From an uncultured Rhodospirillales bacterium (GTDB lineage Bacteria; Pseudomonadota; Alphaproteobacteria; RF32; CAG-239): DNA of 64,000 nucleotides. Positions 29,794 to 39,055 of this stretch are shown in pieces. A program made the translations under genes and the position numbers. Where the stretch lies: assembly GCA_902763185.1 (NCBI GenBank), contig CACWQT010000001.1, positions 3,406 to 67,405 of the forward strand. The letters are read 5' to 3'. The first letter of the stretch is position 1; each line of letters starts with the position of its first letter. The notes under the pieces were generated by a model. The model worked only from the letters and a program-made list of their open reading frames with translations. It searched no databases and was not told where the DNA came from.

Positions 29794-30201
29794 ATGCAAA
29801 TAGATGAATTAATTGATAATTTTTCTTTTTTTGATGGATGGGAAGATAAGTATAAATATTTAATTGAGCTCGGAAATAAGCTTCCGCATTTGTCTGATGA
29901 TAAAAAAACCGCAGAGTGGAAAGTCCCCGGTTGCCAATCGCAAGTCTGGATAATCCCTCACTATGAAAAGCAGCATATTTATTTTGAAGGTGACAGCGAT
30001 GCCATTATTGTGCGTGGTATCATTGCAGTTGTTTTTATTATTTTTCAAGATAAGTCTGCACAAGAAATTTTAAATATTGATGTTGAAGAAATTTTTGATA
30101 AACTGGGATTGAGGGATAATATTACGCAAAACAGGCGTAGCGGTATGCTCTCTATGGTTGATAAAATTCGGTATTATGCCACTCAATCTTTGGGAAAGTG
30201 A
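29794..30201 (+). CDS. sufE: Cysteine desulfuration protein SufE
   Basis: SufE length and the sulfur-acceptor motif VPGCQSQVWI. Confidence 0.88.
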   Translation: MQIDELIDNFSFFDGWEDKYKYLIELGNKLPHLSDDKKTAEWKVPGCQSQVWIIPHYEKQHIYFEGDSDAIIVRGIIAVVFIIFQDKSAQEILNIDVEEIFDKLGLRDNITQNRRSGMLSMVDKIRYYATQSLGK

Positions 30202-30202
30202 T

Positions 30203-31411
30203 ATGAATATTTATGAATATCAGGCAAAAGGTATTTTCAAAAAATTCGGAGTAAATGTGCCCAGTGGCTTGATTGCCTATACGCCTATGGAAGCACAAAA
30301 TGTTGCCCAAAAATTATCCCCGGAGGGCCCATGGATTGTTAAGGCGCAGGTACGTGCAGGGGGACGTAATATTGGTAAATTTATGGATAAGCGTGCCGGT
30401 AAAAAAGGCGGTATTCGCCTTTCTAAAACACCTGAAGAAGTTTATAACAATGCAGAAGAAATGATAGAAAACAGGCTAATTACAGCACAAACCAGTAACA
30501 GAGGGATGTTGGTTAGCCGCGTTTATATTGAAGAGTATATTAAAACTTTTCAAAAATTTTATTTTAGTTTAGTTGTTAACGGCGCCACCGCTTCAGTGAT
30601 GTTGCTTTTAGCTCCTGTTACCCCAAACGGTGATGATGATATTGTAGAAATGGCGACACATATGCCTTCTCAAATACTAAAAATTGATTTAGGCTTTGAG
30701 AAATCTATTCATGCGGAAGCTCTTTCTCGAATTGCAGATTTTATGCAATTCCACGGCAAAAAATCACAGCTGAAATCTTTTATTAACAAGCTCTTAGATA
30801 TTTTTTACAATTACGATGCCACAAAATTAGAAATAAACCCTATCGGTATTGATAAAAATGACACTCTATGGGCTCTGGACGCCAAAATTATTTTTGATGA
30901 TAATGCTCTTTATCGCCATCCCGATATTCTGCGCCTGCGCCCTATGGCAGAAATTGAAGAAAGAGAAGTTGTGGTTGCAAAATTCGGTTTTGATTACAAG
31001 GAATTAAATACCGGAATCGGTATTATTACCAATGGTAACGGCGTCGCCTTAAATATCATTACAGAAGCGCAAAAATGTGATGCGGATATTGCCTGTTCTC
31101 TTAATATCAAAGGTGGTGTTGACAGAGATAAAATTGCTGCCAGTATTAAGCTTATTATGACAAACCCCAGTGTTGACGGTATTTTTATTGATATTGTCGG
31201 CGGGTTCACGCGGTGTAATCTTGTTGCCGATGGAATTATTGCGGTGGCAAATGATTTAGGATTAAACATTCCGATTGTGGTGAGATTTGAAGGAACAAAT
31301 AAAGATGAAGCCGTTAATATTCTTAATGCTTCTCAGTTGCCAATTCAAATTGCAGACAGCACTTATTCGGGGATAATGCTTGCTAAAGCAGCCATAGCGG
31401 AGGACTTATAA
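30203..31411 (+). CDS. Succinyl-CoA ligase beta-subunit-like protein (divergent ATP-grasp)
   Basis: MNIYEYQAKGIFKKFGV..., VKAQVRAGGR and LEINPIG resemble SucC. An insertion follows AGGR, and NGAGLAM is replaced by NGNGVAL. The start lies 1 nt after the sufE stop. The ORF track starts earlier, at 30158. Confidence 0.7.
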   Translation: MNIYEYQAKGIFKKFGVNVPSGLIAYTPMEAQNVAQKLSPEGPWIVKAQVRAGGRNIGKFMDKRAGKKGGIRLSKTPEEVYNNAEEMIENRLITAQTSNRGMLVSRVYIEEYIKTFQKFYFSLVVNGATASVMLLLAPVTPNGDDDIVEMATHMPSQILKIDLGFEKSIHAEALSRIADFMQFHGKKSQLKSFINKLLDIFYNYDATKLEINPIGIDKNDTLWALDAKIIFDDNALYRHPDILRLRPMAEIEEREVVVAKFGFDYKELNTGIGIITNGNGVALNIITEAQKCDADIACSLNIKGGVDRDKIAASIKLIMTNPSVDGIFIDIVGGFTRCNLVADGIIAVANDLGLNIPIVVRFEGTNKDEAVNILNASQLPIQIADSTYSGIMLAKAAIAEDL

Positions 31412-32277
31412 TGGCGGTTCTGGTTGATAAAAATACAAAAGTTATCGTTCAGGGGATTACCGGAACACAAGCCTCTTTCCATACCCCAAGGGCTATCCAA
31501 TACGGTACTAAGATTGTTGCAGGCGTTGTGCCTAATAAAAAGGACAATATGCATTTGGGTATTCCCTTATTTAATACTGTTAAAGAAGCCAAGCAAAAAA
31601 CTGGTGCGACTGCCTCTATGGTGTTTGTTCCGGCTCAATTTGCAAAAGCAGCCATTTCAGAAGCTATCGATGCCGATTTAGAATTGGTTGTCGCTATTAC
31701 TTCCGGAATTCCTGTCAGTGATATGCTGGAAATCAGGCAAAAACTAAAAAACTCAAAAACTATTCTTATCGGACCAAATACACCGGGGATTATAACACCT
31801 CAAGAGGCTTATATGGGAACTTACCCTGATAATATTCATAAATCCGGCGATATAGGGATTATTTCCCGTTCTTCAACACTTACTTATGAAGTCGTTTTAG
31901 AAATAAATAAGGCAGGGTTCGGCGAATCTACGGTTGTCGGCTTGGGGGATGACCTTATTATAGGCACCGGTTATACTGAAATTATCAAAAAATTTAATGA
32001 AGACAAAAAAACAAAGGCAATTGTCCTTATCGGCGGGAGCCAAGGAAGTCATGAAATAGAGGCCGCAATCGCGTATCGAAAAATAGCTAAAGCAAAACCG
32101 ATTATTGCTTTAATGATAGATAAACCGTTATCTTTTTCTGAAAACGACAGTTTGGCTTCAGAAATTTTATGTGGTGGTGTCACGTCAACTGCAGAAAAAA
32201 AGCAACTTCTAAAAGAATCTGGAATAACTGTTGTGGACAGCCTAAGTGATTTAATTCATGAATTATCAAAACTATGA
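31411..32277 (+). CDS. Succinyl-CoA ligase alpha-subunit-like protein lacking the catalytic histidine
   Basis: VDKNTKVIVQGITGTQ, SRSSTLTYE and GPNTPGIITP match SucD. In an ungapped alignment with E. coli SucD (from memory), the MGHAGAI segment reads DSLASEI (His to Leu) and GEIGG reads GGSQG. A TAATG overlap couples it to the upstream gene. Confidence 0.7.
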   Translation: MAVLVDKNTKVIVQGITGTQASFHTPRAIQYGTKIVAGVVPNKKDNMHLGIPLFNTVKEAKQKTGATASMVFVPAQFAKAAISEAIDADLELVVAITSGIPVSDMLEIRQKLKNSKTILIGPNTPGIITPQEAYMGTYPDNIHKSGDIGIISRSSTLTYEVVLEINKAGFGESTVVGLGDDLIIGTGYTEIIKKFNEDKKTKAIVLIGGSQGSHEIEAAIAYRKIAKAKPIIALMIDKPLSFSENDSLASEILCGGVTSTAEKKQLLKESGITVVDSLSDLIHELSKL

Positions 32278-32996
32278 TACGTTGGCTAAAGAAGTTTATT
32301 AATTTAATTTTACCACCGCGTTGTTTAATCTGTGGCAAGATTATCGAAAACGATAATGCATTGTGTCCGGAGTGCTTTAACCATATCACTTTTATTACGA
32401 AACCTTATTGTTTACATTGCGGAAGACCGCTCTCTTTTACAAATTTAGATAAGGATTTATGTTGCCCTAAATGTTTAACTAAAAAAGATTCTGTTTTTTA
32501 TTTATCTCGTTCTGCAATTGAATATGATGAATATTCTAAAAAGCTTATTTTAGATTTTAAGTTCTCTGACCATCTTGAAAACAGATATTTACTTACTCAA
32601 TGGCTTATTTTTGCTGGAAAAGATATTTTTGATACCCATCCCGATATTATTCTGCCTGTCCCATTACATTATTCAAGATTATTTCAGCGTAAGTATAATC
32701 AATCTGCTATTTTAGTGCGTGAATTATCCAAGAAAACCCATATTCCCGCTTATTATAATATCTTAAAAAAATGTCGCTACACCAAACCGCAGGTTATTTG
32801 TAACGGCAAACAGCGACGCAAAAATATTAAAGATGCTTTTATAATCACAAATCCCGATTTTGTAAAAAATAAAAACATCATTTTGGTTGATGATGTTTAT
32901 ACAACCGGTTCTACCCTAAAAGAGTGTGCCAAAGTGCTTAAAAAGTGTGGTGCCAAGAATATCAGCACATTAACTGTTGCCAGAGTTATCGAATAA
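32274..32996 (+). CDS. comF: ComF family protein (phosphoribosyltransferase-like, N-terminal zinc ribbon)
   Basis: CxxC...CxxC N-terminus and a C-terminal PRT motif ILVDDVYTTGSTL. Confidence 0.85.
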   Translation: MIRWLKKFINLILPPRCLICGKIIENDNALCPECFNHITFITKPYCLHCGRPLSFTNLDKDLCCPKCLTKKDSVFYLSRSAIEYDEYSKKLILDFKFSDHLENRYLLTQWLIFAGKDIFDTHPDIILPVPLHYSRLFQRKYNQSAILVRELSKKTHIPAYYNILKKCRYTKPQVICNGKQRRKNIKDAFIITNPDFVKNKNIILVDDVYTTGSTLKECAKVLKKCGAKNISTLTVARVIE

Positions 32997-33000
32997 ACGA

Positions 33001-33231
33001 TTATTTTTGCATTGAAAGCAGTTTTGTATATTTTTGCAAGATACACTCAGCAATCCCCGAAAGTTCCCTTGCTTCTGTTAAATCAAAAAAGCTTCCTTCA
33101 ATAAGCATATCAGGCGTTAATTCAAACACATCACCGCTAAAATCTTTTACGCAGAATTTTTTGCCTTTGGTTTCGATCACACTCTGCCGAATTGTTTCTG
33201 TTATTTCATCAGGTTTCTTTTTCATAGGCAT
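33001..33231 (-). CDS. Hypothetical small protein (76 aa)
   Basis: ORF 9 nt downstream of tolC on the same strand. No recognisable motif, and its coding status is uncertain. Confidence 0.35.
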   Translation of the reverse strand: MPMKKKPDEITETIRQSVIETKGKKFCVKDFSGDVFELTPDMLIEGSFFDLTEARELSGIAECILQKYTKLLSMQK

Positions 33232-33239
33232 TAACCTTT

Positions 33240-34598
33240 TTATTTTTTAATATCCGTGGACAACCATTTGCCGCTTGTTTCTTTATATTTAGCATTTGCA
33301 TCATATAAATCAACCTTTAAATTCAAATCTTTAGCGGTTAATTTACCCATTTCCTGAAGAAGCGTTAACCCTGCCACATAATAATCGTGACGTGTGGTTA
33401 CTTCTTCCACCTTAGAATTTAACAGATATTGATATTGGTTTAACACATCTAAAACCGTTCGATTACCTAAAGATTCTTCTTCGCGAACACCATCTAAAGC
33501 GACTTTGTAAGCTTTTGTTTGCGCTTCAACTGAACTTATTTTGGCTTTATTTGCGCATAAATATTCCCATGCTTTTGTTAAGCCGGAATGTAAGGCATCC
33601 TCGGTATTAAGCAAATCTTCTTGTGCTTGCCAACGATAATACTTACTTTGACGGATTTTGGCTCGGCTGGAACCTGCGTTGTATATCGGCATACTGAAAT
33701 TTACACCCAATTCAACATCATTGCTGGTCGGATTTTTTTCATACATATAGTTCTCTGATTTTATTCTGCCTGCTTTAGCATAAGCATTAACAGAAGGCAA
33801 CAGTTCTCCTTTATTAGTGCTTACATCATATTTTTTGGCTTTTAAATTATGTCTTGCGGCTTGTAATTCATAGCTATGGTCTTTGGCATAATCAAATGCT
33901 TCTTCCAGACTTTTGGGGAATAATTTTTCGATATTTTTCGGGTCGCTTAAATTTTTAGGCTCAACACCTATTACCTGCTTATAAATAGCCTGCGAAGCTT
34001 TTAGATTACCCTCTGCGGATATTCTCTGTGATTGGGCAGAGGCATAGCTTGCTTTTGCTTGTGACACGTCAGTTGTAGTTACTTCCCCTACCTTAAAGCG
34101 TTCATTTGTTTCATCCAGTTCTTTTTTCAGTAATTGTTCATTGTTTTTTTGCAACTTAACAATTGCTTCGTCTTGTAAAACATCTAAATAAGCCCGTGCT
34201 GCTTGCAATAAAACATTTTGCTCAGTTGCCATTAAAACGGCTTGAGAAGCCTTTGCATAGCTCTTGGCTGATTTTACGGAATTTACGGTTTTGAACCCGC
34301 TAAATATCGGTTGGGAAATGGTTGCCGTTAATGAACGATTATACCCATCAGTCGGCCTTATCGGTGCATTAGTATTTATTTTTGTATCTGAATACCCGCC
34401 ATCAACAGATAATTTGGGACGATACCCTGATTTTGCAATCGCAACATTTTCATCTGTAGCCTGTGTTCCGGCGCGTGCCGCCTTTAATGAGGGGTTATAT
34501 TCATATGCTTTTGTTAAGGCGTTTTCTAAAGTATCTGCAGAAGCAGAAATTGCTGTCAGTAGTGTGATTATAAATGCTGCTATGTTTTGTCTTTTCAT
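33240..34598 (-). CDS. tolC: TolC family outer membrane channel
   Basis: Signal peptide. The start of the mature protein, TLENALTKAYEYNPSLKAARA, and the two-repeat architecture are typical of alphaproteobacterial TolC. Confidence 0.9.
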   Translation of the reverse strand: MKRQNIAAFIITLLTAISASADTLENALTKAYEYNPSLKAARAGTQATDENVAIAKSGYRPKLSVDGGYSDTKINTNAPIRPTDGYNRSLTATISQPIFSGFKTVNSVKSAKSYAKASQAVLMATEQNVLLQAARAYLDVLQDEAIVKLQKNNEQLLKKELDETNERFKVGEVTTTDVSQAKASYASAQSQRISAEGNLKASQAIYKQVIGVEPKNLSDPKNIEKLFPKSLEEAFDYAKDHSYELQAARHNLKAKKYDVSTNKGELLPSVNAYAKAGRIKSENYMYEKNPTSNDVELGVNFSMPIYNAGSSRAKIRQSKYYRWQAQEDLLNTEDALHSGLTKAWEYLCANKAKISSVEAQTKAYKVALDGVREEESLGNRTVLDVLNQYQYLLNSKVEEVTTRHDYYVAGLTLLQEMGKLTAKDLNLKVDLYDANAKYKETSGKWLSTDIKK

Positions 34599-34773
34599 CT
34601 TTTTCCCTCTGTCTCTTAAATAAAATATATGTATTTTTTACGCGACAATTTGTTAAAAAATTATCAAACATTGTTTTCATTTGTAAAATTTATCTTATAT
34701 TATTAACGAAAATTCAAACTATTTTTCTTAGGTTTTGTGAATACTAGGGTATGTTTATTTAGGAGATTATGCT

Positions 34774-37281
34774 TTGAAAAAAAGTAATTTAGAAATCAGT
34801 GATGAAATGAAAAAGGCTCGCCTCAAGCTTGCTATTGAACATTATATCAAATACTTTATCGGAAAAAGAATTTGTGAAGTAACAAAAGAGGAAGCCCTGT
34901 ATGCAACTTGTTTGGCTGTTCGCGAATTTGCTATGGATGAAATGTATAAAACCATGGCTCGATATAATAAAAAATCATCTAAAAGAGTTTATTATTTATC
35001 CATTGAATATTTAATCGGTCGCTCTCTTGAGAATAATTTGCATAATCTCGGCCTATTTGAACTCATTAAAGAAATTAAACTTGATGATTTTCCGGACTTA
35101 TCTCTAGAAGAAATTTTTGATACCGAATACGATCCGGCACTTGGCAATGGTGGTTTAGGCAGATTAGCCTCTTGTTATCTTGATTCTATGGCCTCATTAG
35201 GTTTACCGGGATTTGGCTATGGTATCAACTATCAATTCGGCTTATTTAAGCAAAAATTTGAAAACGGTTGGCAAGTAGAGCAAGCCGATGACTGGGACGC
35301 AGAGCTTTCACCTTGGGAATTGGCTCGTCCTGACAGACAAGTAATCATTCCACTATACGGGCATGTAGAAACATATAAGAATGCCAGTGGTAAAGATACT
35401 TATGTTTGGGCAAATACGAAGAAACTGTATGGCGTTCCTTACGACTTTCCGATTGTCGGATATAACGGAAAAGCTGTGAATTATTTGCGTTTATTTGCAG
35501 CTAAAAGTGATGACCAATTTGATATTGATATCTTTAACAATGGCGGTTACATTAAGGCGGTTGAAGATAAAATCAAAAAAGAAACCATCTCAAAAGTGCT
35601 TTATCCGTCTGATGCCATTGAGCAAGGTAAAGCCTTGCGGTTAGCCCAACAATACTTCTTTGTGTCTTGTGCTATTCAAGATATTGTCCGTCGTTTCTTA
35701 GAAAAAAATAACGATTTTAATAAATTACCGAATGAAGTCTGTGTTCAATTAAATGATACCCATCCGGCTCTTGCTATTGTTGAGCTGATGAGATTGTTGA
35801 TTGATGTTTATGGCCAAGAATGGGAAAATGCTTGGAATATCGTTACCAAGGTATTTGCCTATACTAACCACACATTATTGCCAGAGGCTCTAGAAACATG
35901 GTCATCTAAATTTTTTGCCCAAATGCTTCCCAGACATCTGCAAATTATTTATGAAATCAATCGTCGTTTCATTGAATTTGCTAAAAAGAAATTTGGCGAA
36001 AGAAGTGAAAAGCTTGCAAAACTTTCCATTGTTTCAGGGGAAGGTGATAATCAGATTATTCGCATGGCAAATCTTTCCATAGTCGGATCTTTTTCTGTTA
36101 ACGGAGTTGCAAAAATTCACTCAGAGCTTATCAAAACCAATCTTGTTCCTGAGTTTTATGAACTTTGGCCTGAAAAATTTACCAATGTAACTAACGGTAT
36201 TACTCCCAGACGTTGGCTTTTGCATGCAAACACCAACCTTTCAACGCTTATTTCCGATAAAATCGGAAAAGATTGGATAAGCAATCTGGCTTTATTGGAA
36301 AAAATTGCCGATTTTGTTGATGATGATGATTTTGTGCATAAATTTGCTAAAATTAAAAAAGCTAACAAAGAGATTTTACGTCATGAAATCTTTAAGCGCA
36401 CCAATGTTGCAGTTACAACAAACAGCATGTTTGTTGTGCAAGCCAAGCGAATCCACGAATATAAACGTCAGCTTATGGCAATTTTGCAGGTTATAGGCGA
36501 GTATTTGTCAATTGTTCGTGACCATGAGCATCCTATTTGTCCTAAAACATATATTTTTGCCGGAAAGGCTGCCCCTTCTTACACATTTGCTAAACTTATC
36601 ATTAAATTGATTAACAATGTCGCAAATGTTGTAAATAACGATCCGAGGGTTGGCGATGCATTAAAAGTCGTATTCATGCCTGATTATAAAGTGTCTTTGG
36701 CCGAAATGCTAATGCCTGCAGCAGATGTTAGCTTACAAATATCCACCGCCGGTTTTGAAGCCTCGGGTACAGGCAATATGAAATTTGCCTTAAACGGCGC
36801 TTTGACTGTCGGAACATATGACGGCGCAAATATTGAAATTCGTGAGGCAGTGGGTGAGGATAATTTCTTCCTCTTTGGCTTAAAAGAAGACGAAATCCAA
36901 GCGCTGCGTCCGATTTATAATCCTCACAAAATATATGAAGAATCTGAATACGTTAAACGTATATTAAATGCCATTAATTCCAATATGTTTTGTGAGCAGG
37001 ATAACCCGACATTGTTTAAGCCGATATTTGATGCGCTTTTAAGCAACGATTATTTCTTTGTATTGGCTGATTTGGAAGCCTTTAATCAAGCTATGAAGCA
37101 GGCCTCTGAGATCTATAAAAAGAAAGATGCTTGGGTTAAAAAAGCAATTTATAATGTCGCCCGTATCGGCTATTTCTCCAGCGATAGGTCTGTTATGGAA
37201 TATGCTAAGAATATTTGGCATATTAAACCTGTTGATGATAAAAAAGCTGATCTTGAGTATGAAATGGCTCAATCGGCCTAA
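34774..37281 (+). CDS. glgP: Glycogen/maltodextrin phosphorylase
   Basis: GLGNGGLGRLA, and the PLP site EASGTGNMKFALNGALTVGTYDGANIEI. A TTG start is preceded by AGGAGA. Confidence 0.94.
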   Translation: MKKSNLEISDEMKKARLKLAIEHYIKYFIGKRICEVTKEEALYATCLAVREFAMDEMYKTMARYNKKSSKRVYYLSIEYLIGRSLENNLHNLGLFELIKEIKLDDFPDLSLEEIFDTEYDPALGNGGLGRLASCYLDSMASLGLPGFGYGINYQFGLFKQKFENGWQVEQADDWDAELSPWELARPDRQVIIPLYGHVETYKNASGKDTYVWANTKKLYGVPYDFPIVGYNGKAVNYLRLFAAKSDDQFDIDIFNNGGYIKAVEDKIKKETISKVLYPSDAIEQGKALRLAQQYFFVSCAIQDIVRRFLEKNNDFNKLPNEVCVQLNDTHPALAIVELMRLLIDVYGQEWENAWNIVTKVFAYTNHTLLPEALETWSSKFFAQMLPRHLQIIYEINRRFIEFAKKKFGERSEKLAKLSIVSGEGDNQIIRMANLSIVGSFSVNGVAKIHSELIKTNLVPEFYELWPEKFTNVTNGITPRRWLLHANTNLSTLISDKIGKDWISNLALLEKIADFVDDDDFVHKFAKIKKANKEILRHEIFKRTNVAVTTNSMFVVQAKRIHEYKRQLMAILQVIGEYLSIVRDHEHPICPKTYIFAGKAAPSYTFAKLIIKLINNVANVVNNDPRVGDALKVVFMPDYKVSLAEMLMPAADVSLQISTAGFEASGTGNMKFALNGALTVGTYDGANIEIREAVGEDNFFLFGLKEDEIQALRPIYNPHKIYEESEYVKRILNAINSNMFCEQDNPTLFKPIFDALLSNDYFFVLADLEAFNQAMKQASEIYKKKDAWVKKAIYNVARIGYFSSDRSVMEYAKNIWHIKPVDDKKADLEYEMAQSA

Positions 37282-37300
37282 TTATTTATAACTCTAAGTA

Positions 37301-37329
37301 AAAATCCCAGAGGCTTCTTTGGGATTTTT
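37301..37329. terminator. Bidirectional rho-independent terminator
   Basis: AAAATCCCA-gaggcttct-TTGGGATTTTT between glgP and the convergent 37328 ORF. Confidence 0.7.
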
Positions 37330-38140
37330 ACTTTGTCCACTCATTTTCTCCATATTTGCGAATGATAAAATCTTTTACATTAATTATTGCTTTATCAAAA
37401 CGAGCTCTTTCAGCTTTAGCTTCGTTTGCTACACTCTTATAATCTGCGCTTAAATTCGTGGCGCATTTATCTATTTCATTATATAAGTCTCGTTTTAGCC
37501 TAAATTTAAATGTTCTGGGATATTTTTTGGGTGTTAAACAATCAACTAATTTTATACTTTTTTGGTATAGTTCTAATTTTTCGGGGCAAGGGGTAATATT
37601 TTTTATTTCTTCCCCTTTCATAACCTTTTTTAGAAAATAGTATGCCTTACGCGCACACTCTTCCGCATCTAAATCCCCTCGTTTTTTTGGTTTTCTTTTA
37701 TATATACTTGACGCTTCTTCTAAACAATCTTTTAGCGTAAAAAAGTCTTTATATTCAGGAAGATACCTCTTTACATACTCTGATATTGTTTCACTAACTA
37801 TCTGATTGTCTGGGGTTAAAACATTTTTATATTTATCTAATGCTAATGCCAATTCGCGGTAGTTTTCTTCTGATAAATAATCATTTTTTGCATCAACGTC
37901 CAATGTTTCTCTATAACTCTCTAGAGTATTTAGAAACCTACGAACTTCTTTTAGCTCTTGAGGTAAAACAGGCCTTTCTTCAAAAACATCTATTTGAGGA
38001 TTGTTTTTAAGGCGTTCTTGGTATTTTTTGGTAAAAATATTTATTTCGGAACTCGCAGAGACATCTATTCCTTTTCTCCAATTAGAAAAAGCACGATTGA
38101 TTATTTGATATAAATCCTTGCTGCTTATCCCTTCAGCCAT
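37328..38140 (-). CDS. Hypothetical protein (about 270 aa, predicted all-helical, Lys/Glu-rich)
   Basis: The ATG at 38140 (MAEGISSKDLYQ...) is preceded by GAGGAG. The ORF track starts at 38236. No family recognised. Confidence 0.5.
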   Translation of the reverse strand: MAEGISSKDLYQIINRAFSNWRKGIDVSASSEINIFTKKYQERLKNNPQIDVFEERPVLPQELKEVRRFLNTLESYRETLDVDAKNDYLSEENYRELALALDKYKNVLTPDNQIVSETISEYVKRYLPEYKDFFTLKDCLEEASSIYKRKPKKRGDLDAEECARKAYYFLKKVMKGEEIKNITPCPEKLELYQKSIKLVDCLTPKKYPRTFKFRLKRDLYNEIDKCATNLSADYKSVANEAKAERARFDKAIINVKDFIIRKYGENEWTK

Positions 38141-38244
38141 GGTATATCTCCTCTTTATTTTAGGATTATACCATAAAATTTTCCTTTTTGCAAAGAAAAA
38201 GGGCAAACTTTTTAGGTTTGCCCTATCTTTAGTCATTAAACTAA

Positions 38245-38688
38245 TTATTGATTTGCATTTTCGGTTTCCAAGATGATTTCACCGGTTTTTTGTAAAACAA
38301 TCTTGTCCAATACCCATTTATTGATTTGTTTTAATTTTTCGCTATCAACATTAACTTTTTCAGCTACATCAATAATAAAATCAATTTCTCTATCATCTAA
38401 GCCGGTATCTGAGTTTGCTAAATAGCATAATTCTTTAATTAGGTGTAATGCCTTAGAACGCTCGGTTATTTGACCGATTTTTTCCATTGTTGTATCTTTG
38501 TTCATTCCTTTTAGAATGGTCACAATCTCTTGCTCTGCAACGCCAAATTGCTTACCGATTGTTTTTAAGAATTCAATCTCTTCTTTGGCTACAACACCGT
38601 CCATATACACCATGCAACAGAAGCTTTCTACAAATATTCTTTTCTCTTCTGGTGTTAATGTTGCTATATAATCGTATTCATGATCCAT
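38245..38688 (-). CDS. TerB-like domain protein (putative)
   Basis: Two copies of a helical pattern (VVAKEEIEFLKTIGKQFGV... and LDDREIDFIIDVAEKVNV...) are reminiscent of the TerB / DjlA N-terminal domain. Assigned from pattern memory only. Confidence 0.4.
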   Translation of the reverse strand: MDHEYDYIATLTPEEKRIFVESFCCMVYMDGVVAKEEIEFLKTIGKQFGVAEQEIVTILKGMNKDTTMEKIGQITERSKALHLIKELCYLANSDTGLDDREIDFIIDVAEKVNVDSEKLKQINKWVLDKIVLQKTGEIILETENANQ

Positions 38689-38804
38689 TATTTTTCTCCA
38701 AAATAAACTTCTTCGTTGCTATACTATAAGCATTTGTTTAACATCTGGTAAACATTTTACAGAAAATAATAAACAACAAATTTGCGCCCTTTTCAAAAAA
38801 ATTA

Positions 38805-38833
38805 TTGACGACAGGAAAAACTTACTGTAAATA
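38805..38833 (+). promoter_or_regulatory. Sigma-70-type promoter for tRNA-Ser
   Basis: TTGACG (38805-38810), a 17-nt spacer, then TAAATA (38828-38833), about 12 nt upstream of the tRNA 5' end. Confidence 0.65.
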
Positions 38834-38845
38834 GAGTTCGTCTGT

Positions 38846-38933
38846 GGAGTGTTGGCAGAGCGGTAATGCAGCGGATTGCTAATCCGTCATCCTGAATAGG
38901 GATGCACAGGTTCGAGTCCTGTACACTCCGCCA
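38846..38933 (+). tRNA. tRNA-Ser (anticodon GCU)
   Basis: Hand-folded cloverleaf. The acceptor is GGAGTGT/ACACTCC, the anticodon loop is TTGCTAA, there is a long variable arm (CATCC...GGATG), the T-arm is ACAGG-TTCGAGT-CCTGT, and CCA is encoded. Confidence 0.92.
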
Positions 38934-38942
38934 GTTATTAAA

Positions 38943-38968
38943 AGTCGCCTAAATGGCGGCTTTTTTTT
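38943..38968 (+). terminator. Rho-independent terminator after tRNA-Ser
   Basis: AGTCGCC-taaat-GGCGGCT followed by TTTTTTT. Confidence 0.75.
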
Positions 38969-39055
38969 GTTATGAAAACAAAAACTTCTTGCAAATCACA
39001 CCGAATTTTATATATTCATCGGTGAGATTAAATAATAATTTTTAAGGAGAATAAT

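Noticed and set aside
32945-33250. 101-aa plus-strand ORF overlapping the comF 3' end, the 76-aa minus ORF and the tolC 3' end
   Set aside because: It spans three other features and translates to a hydrophobic, Ser-rich sequence without motifs. The minus-strand 76-aa ORF is itself only weakly supported.
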